From: Coleofasciculus chthonoplastes F2-STO-03
GTDB lineage: Bacteria > Cyanobacteriota > Cyanobacteriia > Cyanobacteriales > Coleofasciculaceae
DNA: 64,000 nucleotides
Assembly (NCBI GenBank): GCA_040222015.1
Contig: JAVJWO010000195.1
Coordinates: 74,721-138,720, forward strand
Direction: 5' to 3'
Part shown: positions 60,604 through 64,000 of the stretch, piece after piece
Layout: every line of letters begins with the position of its first letter
Numbering within the stretch: the stretch's first letter is position 1
The notes under the pieces: model-generated
Told to the model about the DNA's origin: nothing
Databases searched by the model: none
What the model saw: only the letters and a program-made list of their open reading frames with translations
Program-made: the position numbers and the translations under genes

Positions 60604-61952
60604 ATAGAGAGAGGGCTTGTGCATAATATTTGAGGTAGCGTGCTAGTTCCTCAAATTGCCCAAGCCCTTAAACCATTCAGGTTCTGATTTGTCCCTACAT
60701 GCAATTGTGTCTTCCGAGGATGGGTTCCCGCCTCAGCAAAACTTCTTAATCTTTTACGTCAATTGGCTGATAAATAACACAGCCGCTTATCAGACGCTCT
60801 TATCGCAAAAGGCAGAAAGCTCCACCAAAGTGTAAGTTATTCAACCGGATAGGATAAGGTGCAATATCTTAGCTTAAGATTCACCTTCTCCCGCGCCAAA
60901 TCATAGATTATGGCGGGAGACTTCTTGCCGGATTAGTTAAAGTGTTTAACAAGCCAAATTTATGTAGGATGGGCAAATTTCCGACTGGTCAAAGCACGCC
61001 TGCAAAAACCTATCGTTGGTTGAACTTGTCCACCTCACACTGACCTGATCAGTTTAACCTCAAGACATTCCTGTCGATTTTGCCAATGGTCGGCATATTG
61101 TTGCCAAGCTGCACTAACAAGCTGCACTAATTAGACTGGTTTTGTTGTTGTTGACGCTCTTTGACAGCCTGAGTTAACAAGTAAGTCGCTAGGCTACTCA
61201 GTGACCGACTTTCTTCCTCTGCCCACTGTTCCAAGGCTCTCTGGATTTCTTCCGGTAGATAAGCAGTGACCCGCCCTTTTAGTTTCATCAGCCCTAAATT
61301 TTAATGCTTCAACATATTCCAGTATATAATTTTTCACTGTTTATTGCTCAATCTAAATTCGTTATACGCTAAAATAACACACTTTACGCTGACAAGCCAG
61401 ATTGGTCAGCGTTTGGACTTTGGACTCACCCTCCGGAGAGCGTTTCCCTCTCTCATCCCCGTGCAACAAAAAGCTCCCGCATCCGCTGGTCTCCTGGTCT
61501 TCCCCTTAAAAAGGGGGACGGCAGGGGGATATATAAGGGAAGAGGGGGATTTTAAGGAGATGGAGAGGAGCTGGGGGAGAGGGCTATAGCCTGACATGCT
61601 GCCAAATTGTCCAAATCTCCACAGGAGAAATTAACCCAAATGGGTATACCTTAAATGTTCCATAAGGCTTACAATTATTTATAATATTTTTAAGGGGACT
61701 AAAAAAATGATATCGCACTCTAATCCTAAAGCGTTAGCTTTACAAAACCTGCATTTTGTTAAGTTTCAATGAAGCATAAAATCTAATCAAATCTACTATA
61801 TTAATCGCCTAAAAAACAGGAAACTAAAGAGTCGATAAATCGTCATTTATTCTGAGTAGTCCTGACCCTACAATAGGCAACAACCAATGACATACAAGAT
61901 GAACACAACAGTATTGACCAATTGCTGGTTGGTGGTTGCCAATCTATTCACC

Positions 61953-64000
61953 ATGACCAAGAAAAAAAGTAAACGAACCCACTATCTACTGTTGACGTTA
62001 CTCCTGGCGGGCTTACCAACGCAGGGGCTGGCTCAATCGGTTGTTGAAGCCCCAGATGGGACAGGTACTATTGTCACACCTAATGGTGATCAGTTTGACA
62101 TTACCGGGGGACAAACTTCTGGGGATGGGGTGAATCGTTTTCATAGCTTCAGTGAGTTTGGTTTAGACGCGAATCAAACGGCTAATTTTATTTCTGATCC
62201 TACTATTAAAAACATTCTGTCCCGTGTGACAGGTGGTGACCCTTCCGTCATTAATGGATTGCTGCAAGTAACGGGGGGAAATTCTAATCTATTTTTAATG
62301 AATCCTGCGGGTATTGTCTTTGGTGACAATGCTCAACTTAACATTCCCGCATCCTTTACCGCTACAACCGCTACGGGGATTGGTTTTGGGGACAATTGGT
62401 TTAATGCACAAGGCGCAAATAATTATGCCACATTGATCGGTCAACCCAATGCTTTTACATTTAACACCGCCAACCCCGGATCAATTGTGAATGCAGGTGA
62501 TTTGGCGGTAGAATCTGGACAAGATTTAACCTTAATTGGGGGTACGGTTGTCAGTACGGGTAGCTTAACCGCACCAGAGGGAGACATTAGTGTGACCACT
62601 GTCCCCGGTGAGAGTATGGTGCGGATTAGCCAAGCTGGATATATGCTGAGTTTAGAGGTTCAACCCTCTGCGTCAATCCCATTAACTCCCCTGAATTTGC
62701 CTCAATTATTAACCGGGAGTGGACAAGTAGCGGGTGTTGAGGTGAGTAGCGGTGGAGAAGTTAAGTTAGTTGGGTCAGGTATCGCTGTAGAAAATGGGGA
62801 TATCGTGGCGCGTAATGTGAATTCCCAGATGGCTACACTATCAGCTCAGCATAATCTGACGTTAGTGGAAAGTCAGTTACAAACCACGGGAGACTTAAAT
62901 CTGCTGGCAAAGGATACAGTACGGGTGCGGGATAGTCTAGTTAATCCGTTTCTTGCCCAAGCTGGAGGACATCTCTACATTCAGGGGAATCAGAGTATTG
63001 ATATCTTGGCGCTAAATCATCCACAAACACCGTTTCAAAGTGGTGGAAATCTCAGTTTAGTCAGTGATGGCAATATTTCTGGCGATGCTCACTTTACTAG
63101 TGGGGGCAATTTCTCGATTCTTAATTTATCGGGAGAGCCAGGTAATTTTGTTAGCCTTTATGACCCAATTATTCGGGTTGATGGTGATGTTGAATTTGGT
63201 GATTACACAGGTGCAGCCCTTTTGGTAGAGGCGACAGGTAGTATCCAGGGGGGCAATATTACGATTACTAGACCCGATGCTCTTGATGCTAATGCAGGAA
63301 TTTCTGATTCAGATTTGCAGCTTTTAACCAGTCAACCAACCCTGATTTTGCGAGCTGGGTTGGATGCGGTAAATTCTACTAACGTTCCTGCAACTGAAGG
63401 ATCAACCAATTTTCAAACACCAGGATCGCCGTTATCGCTGCCACCAGGAAGTATCAATGTAGGAAATATTAACACTTCCGATGAAGTTTCTGTACTTAAC
63501 CAAGCTGATGCAGGTCCTGTAATATTGTTTGCCACGGGTGACATTATTACAGACACTATAACGGCGACTACAAGTATGGGTAGTGGAGACAATTCTGGTT
63601 TTGTAAATCTGTTGGCTCAAGGAAATATTACGACTGACACTATCAACACCAGTGATAAAGGACAGGGTGATGCGGGTTCTGTAACAGTAACAGCCGGAGG
63701 TAATATTAGCATTAATGGTATAGATGCCAGTGAACAAGGACAAGGTAATTCAGGCGACGTAACCTTGACAGCAGGGGGTTCGATTACACCAGGCAATATC
63801 GATCAGATGGCTCTCCCACCAGGCGATATGGGTCAGCGTCAGATAACACCTAACCTAACCAACCCCATACCCAATCCCCAACCGCAACCCAATCCCCAAC
63901 CGCAACCCAATCCCCAACCGCAACCCAATCCCCAACCGCAACCCAATCCCCAACCGCAACCCAATCCCCAACCGCAACCCAATCCCCAACCGCAACCCAA
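61953..64000 (+). CDS. Filamentous hemagglutinin (TPS) N-terminal domain exoprotein, 3'-truncated by the window edge
   Basis: Manual translation: signal peptide, FHSFSEFGL, NILSRVTGG.PS.INGL, NLFLMNPAGIVFG; same frame reads (PNPQPQ)n at the window end; alternative ATG at 61899. Confidence 0.9.
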   Translation, partial: MTKKKSKRTHYLLLTLLLAGLPTQGLAQSVVEAPDGTGTIVTPNGDQFDITGGQTSGDGVNRFHSFSEFGLDANQTANFISDPTIKNILSRVTGGDPSVINGLLQVTGGNSNLFLMNPAGIVFGDNAQLNIPASFTATTATGIGFGDNWFNAQGANNYATLIGQPNAFTFNTANPGSIVNAGDLAVESGQDLTLIGGTVVSTGSLTAPEGDISVTTVPGESMVRISQAGYMLSLEVQPSASIPLTPLNLPQLLTGSGQVAGVEVSSGGEVKLVGSGIAVENGDIVARNVNSQMATLSAQHNLTLVESQLQTTGDLNLLAKDTVRVRDSLVNPFLAQAGGHLYIQGNQSIDILALNHPQTPFQSGGNLSLVSDGNISGDAHFTSGGNFSILNLSGEPGNFVSLYDPIIRVDGDVEFGDYTGAALLVEATGSIQGGNITITRPDALDANAGISDSDLQLLTSQPTLILRAGLDAVNSTNVPATEGSTNFQTPGSPLSLPPGSINVGNINTSDEVSVLNQADAGPVILFATGDIITDTITATTSMGSGDNSGFVNLLAQGNITTDTINTSDKGQGDAGSVTVTAGGNISINGIDASEQGQGNSGDVTLTAGGSITPGNIDQMALPPGDMGQRQITPNLTNPIPNPQPQPNPQPQPNPQPQPNPQPQPNPQPQPNPQPQPNPQPQP
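63870..64000 (+). repeat. 18-bp coding tandem repeat CCCAATCCCCAACCGCAA (PNPQPQ), at least 7 copies
   Basis: Perfect tandem copies running to the window end. Confidence 0.95.

Noticed and set aside
60964..61040. GGGCAAA-containing stretch resembling a c-di-GMP-I riboswitch
   Set aside because: Lacks the GAAA tetraloop and GCAAAG/P2 pattern; better explained as a degenerate GTAGG.TGGGCAA...TTG.CCACC REP pair.
61344..61597. Short overlapping ORFs in the G/C-run region
   Set aside because: Low-complexity CCCCTT/AAGGGGG inverted-repeat sequence with no coding signature.

Overview
A 64-kb chromosomal window from a filamentous, non-heterocystous-type cyanobacterium. Abundant HIP1 (GCGATCGC), GTCATTT heptamer arrays and GTAG-type palindromes fit a Coleofasciculus/Microcoleus-like genome, but this is inference. 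Most of it is core genes: gor, queA, nfi, narM-like, riboflavin synthase, fbaA, cysteine desulfurase, competence PLD/ComEA, smpB, PBP1A, Rubisco activase-like, tRNA-Lys(TTT) and tRNA-Thr(TGT). Regulatory highlight: a gifB/IF17-like glutamine synthetase inactivating factor with both a glutamine (glnA) riboswitch and an NtcA box over its promoter. Accessory content: three distinct IS200/IS605 TnpB elements whose ends and TAMs can be read from the sequence (one rewrites the 3' end of a host gene), orphan TnpB right-end/omegaRNA-like remnants, several nested MITEs, two NACHT/STAND proteins, an apparently circularly permuted RsbW-type kinase, a pseudo-orthocaspase, gene-fragment scars, and an unnamed structured 5' leader RNA candidate. 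No CRISPR array or rRNA was seen. Family assignments come from motif recognition, not database searches.
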